From Nitrosopumilus sp. (GTDB taxonomy: Archaea; Thermoproteota; Nitrososphaeria; Nitrososphaerales; Nitrosopumilaceae), in NCBI GenBank assembly GCA_965204345.1, contig OZ241981.1, positions 448,001 through 512,000 of the forward strand: a stretch of DNA of 64,000 nucleotides, in the 5' to 3' direction. The position numbers and the translations under genes were made by a program. Below, piece after piece: positions 61,241-64,000 of the stretch (its first letter is position 1; every line of letters begins with the position of its first letter). Under the pieces are notes generated by a model. That model saw only the letters and a list, made by a program, of their open reading frames with translations, was not told where the DNA came from and searched no databases.

Positions 61241-61753
61241 ATGTCAAAAACATCACAGGAGATAAAGTCAATAGTCGAGGATTTTATCAGGGTTACCAAT
61301 ATCAAGTATGAGGATCAGACAGAAAAGGTAAGAGAGAAAAGCAAGGTTATTGATTGGCAGTTTCATGTAGGAACAAATGTGATAGTTAGCAAAAATGCAA
61401 ACAGAAAGGACAGAATTCATGTCAATGTCAACATGAGGTTTCCCCCAGAGGATGCAAAACTGCTGGTGATAAAAAACCCGTCATTTTCAAAAGCAGTTAT
61501 GGAAATAAGTGAAATTTGCACAATATGCGGCATAGGTCATCAGTGGATTAAGAGTAATGAAGACATTGCAGGTTTGGCAATATTCTCACATGTTGATGAG
61601 CAAGGCTTGGATAGAATAACATTTCACAATACATGGGATAATGTGGCACGAGTATCAGGACATGTTCAGAAGATACTTCGTTCAAACTTTAGCGGTTTTT
61701 CAGCACAAAGTAACACCACAGATGCAACAATGGACAAATCAATGTATGGCTAG
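61241..61753 (+). CDS. Conserved hypothetical protein
   Basis: 170-aa ORF following the microprotein. Confidence 0.7.
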   Translation: MSKTSQEIKSIVEDFIRVTNIKYEDQTEKVREKSKVIDWQFHVGTNVIVSKNANRKDRIHVNVNMRFPPEDAKLLVIKNPSFSKAVMEISEICTICGIGHQWIKSNEDIAGLAIFSHVDEQGLDRITFHNTWDNVARVSGHVQKILRSNFSGFSAQSNTTDATMDKSMYG

Positions 61754-61946
61754 TCATTTAATTAATTGTTCATATTCCTATATTTTGTTTATTACAATCA
61801 GCAATTTTACGCCTAAATTCCGTCGTCACTTCAATTCCTTCCTAGTTTAGTATTTTCAATATTCAGAGTGGAATCAGTTGATTCAGATATAATATTTTGC
61901 AAATTTAGCTAAATGGTATAATATTGTCTTTTTGTTTGTGGACTTT

Positions 61947-62123
61947 GGATTTGGTAAATTTTGATGAACTGATCACCGAGATTTAACAGTAGTATTCGTG
62001 ACGCTAATTTTTGGCCGCATCACACAACAAAATAGACTCAAAGGCATAAAAAAAAAGTGCAGGCCAGGGAAGATTCTGTATTTCGTGTTTTATGATGTCA
62101 AATCATCAAAATATGACAGAACC
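61947..62123 (+). mobile_element. MITE-like element copy
   Basis: Starts ggatttggtaaattttgatgaactgatcaccgagatttaacagta and ends catcaaaatatgacagaacc. Confidence 0.65.
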
Positions 62124-62201
62124 TCAAAAGGCCTAATTTTTACATTGTATCAAATACAGACAACAAATTTGTATGTTCGTAGATAAAGTTAGAATCTTGG
62201 A

Positions 62202-62496
62202 TTAGCCAACTTGTGTGAAATACTCTCTAGATCTTTTATACACCCGATCCCTAGGTCGAATTCCTCGTACTATGATTAGGCAAGCAGTGTTTTTTTCAAC
62301 ACTGTAAACAACTTAGTCACCTATACGTAGAGATTTTAAACCTTGTAGGCTCCCAGTCAAACCTTCCCATATCGGGGTTATTTTTTAAATCAGATATTCC
62401 TTTAGTTATTCTCTTTAGGGTTTTGGGATCGCCTTTTTTTAGTTTGTGATATTCAGATTCGCATGAATCAGTTAATTGGATGGTGTAATTACACAT
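62202..62496 (-). pseudogene. RelE/ParE-family toxin, disrupted
   Basis: MCNYTIQLT..KRITKGISDLKNNPDMG, frameshift, LTGSLQGLKSLRIGD*VVYSV...IRPRDRVYK; start overlaps the upstream gene's stop. Confidence 0.75.
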
Positions 62497-62842
62497 TTGT
62501 CTTTACTTTGTCCCATGAAACTAAACATCCTTCTTTAACATCTTTAGTACTGCTGCGAAGCTGTTTTATCAATTCCTTATCTAAAAGGATTTCAAGAGTT
62601 TCACCTAGAGAACGACTTGCTTTAGGTTTTGTGATTTTAGATTTTTTAAAAATATCAACATGCACACGTTCTATGCCTACGGCTGGTTTGCTAGAACAGG
62701 CAGCATCAGCTAAAAAGAAGAATTTTTCTAACTCATCCACATTTTGGAATGATTTTTGTAATTGTGAAATGTTTTCTGGAAAATTTCTTTTTACTTTGGC
62801 CTGTGGAAAAACAGTTGTTATATGTTGTAATTTTAATGACAT
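62489..62842 (-). CDS. Putative antitoxin
   Basis: Directly upstream of the RelE-like gene; C-terminus LEILLDKELIKQL...DVKEG.LVSWDKV is typical of RelE partners. Confidence 0.6.
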   Translation of the reverse strand: MSLKLQHITTVFPQAKVKRNFPENISQLQKSFQNVDELEKFFFLADAACSSKPAVGIERVHVDIFKKSKITKPKASRSLGETLEILLDKELIKQLRSSTKDVKEGCLVSWDKVKTNV

Positions 62843-63324
62843 CTAAATCAGTTCTATTTCCTCTAATTCGTTCCAGCCATCTTTGCATTGTTTTATTTTA
62901 AAATACGATTGCTTTTCTTTAACACATTGTAGAATTTTTGCTTTTTTCATATTTTTGTATACTTTTTTTTAGAAAATGTATAGATGCCAAGATTTCTAAT
63001 CGGTCAGGATCAGTTTTTTTATCTTCCATAAATGCTAAAAATTCTGCAAATCTTTTTTGTACATTTTTTTCAGCAAACGTGCCTTCTGGAACTTGTTTGT
63101 AGATAGTTTGTAAAGCAAATCCATCCTTTGTTAATCGTGTTAAATATGGTCCTCGCATGTAACAAGTAAATCCATAACCCAGGTAGACCCCAAACGATTG
63201 TAACAAGTAAACTGTTTTTTGTAATTTTAATCGTCCTTCAAAAGTAGACATGTCAAAATTATCTATATTCCGTAAACTAAACCAAAATCAACAACTGAAT
63301 TTGCCAATACTAGTCACACCCATA
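62843..63324 (-). pseudogene. SocA/Panacea(DUF4065)/YwgA-like protein, frameshifted
   Basis: RLKLQKTVYLLQ..GY.F..Y.RGPY..L and LEILASI motifs. A frameshift in the homopolymer near 62963-62971 separates a C-terminus ending ..WNELEEIELI at 62843; the N-terminus is also damaged. Confidence 0.65.
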
Positions 63325-63722
63325 GGTTGCTGCAAAACTATTTATTTTAAATATATTTTCAAAAAAAGGAATCTATCATTTTTGATTTATCGCGCATTTT
63401 TGTTAAATTCAACATGCTAAACTGCGGCTTTTTTGTCCTTAATTAATGCCATATGATCTGCTTTTTGCAGGCGTTTTTGGTATCTTCAGGCGCGTATTAT
63501 CCACTGCCTGTTGGCTTTGCCTCCACAATTCCCATACCAGTCAAAAAAGACCCTAAATGAAAAACACGCATGTGCAAAGCGTGATCTTGATCACCAGAAT
63601 GTACCAACAGGAATTTTTAAGAGAGAGAATTGGGATAAATTATTCAAGCCTAAATCATATCATTTAAAAAAATACAGAGAACCGAAATGCACATACACTA
63701 GTAAAATTCACTGGAAAATGAA

Positions 63723-64000
63723 ATGATTACTTTGGAACACAGAATTCTTAGCGAGTATAGAATAAAGATAGCAAAGATTGAAACTTTGGCCAGATCCATA
63801 ATTACTCACAGATCCCCAAAAGGAAGAGAAGCAAGAGAGGCATCAGAGTTTTTAGATGTTCTAATCAACGAGACTGACAAATTCTATGAGAGTAATAGTA
63901 CCATTTTGTCAAATAATGGGAAAAGACCACATGATCGTTCACGCCTTCCAGAAACCAAAGAATGGAACGATAACATAGAGAAATTTTATGAAAAGAACCC
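63723..64000 (+). CDS. Conserved hypothetical protein (partial, runs off the right edge)
   Basis: MITLEHRILSEYRIKIAKIETLA... open to the window end. Confidence 0.7.
   Translation, partial: MITLEHRILSEYRIKIAKIETLARSIITHRSPKGREAREASEFLDVLINETDKFYESNSTILSNNGKRPHDRSRLPETKEWNDNIEKFYEKN

Overview
This window comes from an archaeal chromosome, most consistent with Thaumarchaeota/Nitrosopumilaceae (CdvA, FEN-1, proteasome beta, ThyX, TrmI, Lrp-type small proteins). The left 36 kb holds two paralogous giant minus-strand surface proteins. Giant 2 is complete (20354-36331, 5325 aa). Giant 1 starts at 15193 and runs off the left edge (>=5064 aa, absent from the ORF track); it contains seven near-identical 1500-bp (500-aa) tandem units in an A-A-B-A-A-B-B' pattern. 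Both carry Ig-like stalks and 'WTTHFSSFG' putative autoproteolysis motifs. The right 28 kb is housekeeping genes interspersed with decaying accessory islands: a Dam-like methylase with a broken HinP1I-like nuclease, a broken protease, and broken toxin-antitoxin genes. It also has a tRNA-Ser(CGA) and a family of degenerate MITE-like repeats. The most unusual signal is five unrelated loci where about 36 bp of ordinary chromosome is directly duplicated around a unique 33-36 bp insert (37797, 38267, 38379, 51882, 52922). This is the geometry of a CRISPR spacer-integration event, but at non-CRISPR sites and with no cas genes in the window. All calls come from reading the sequence by eye; no searches were run.
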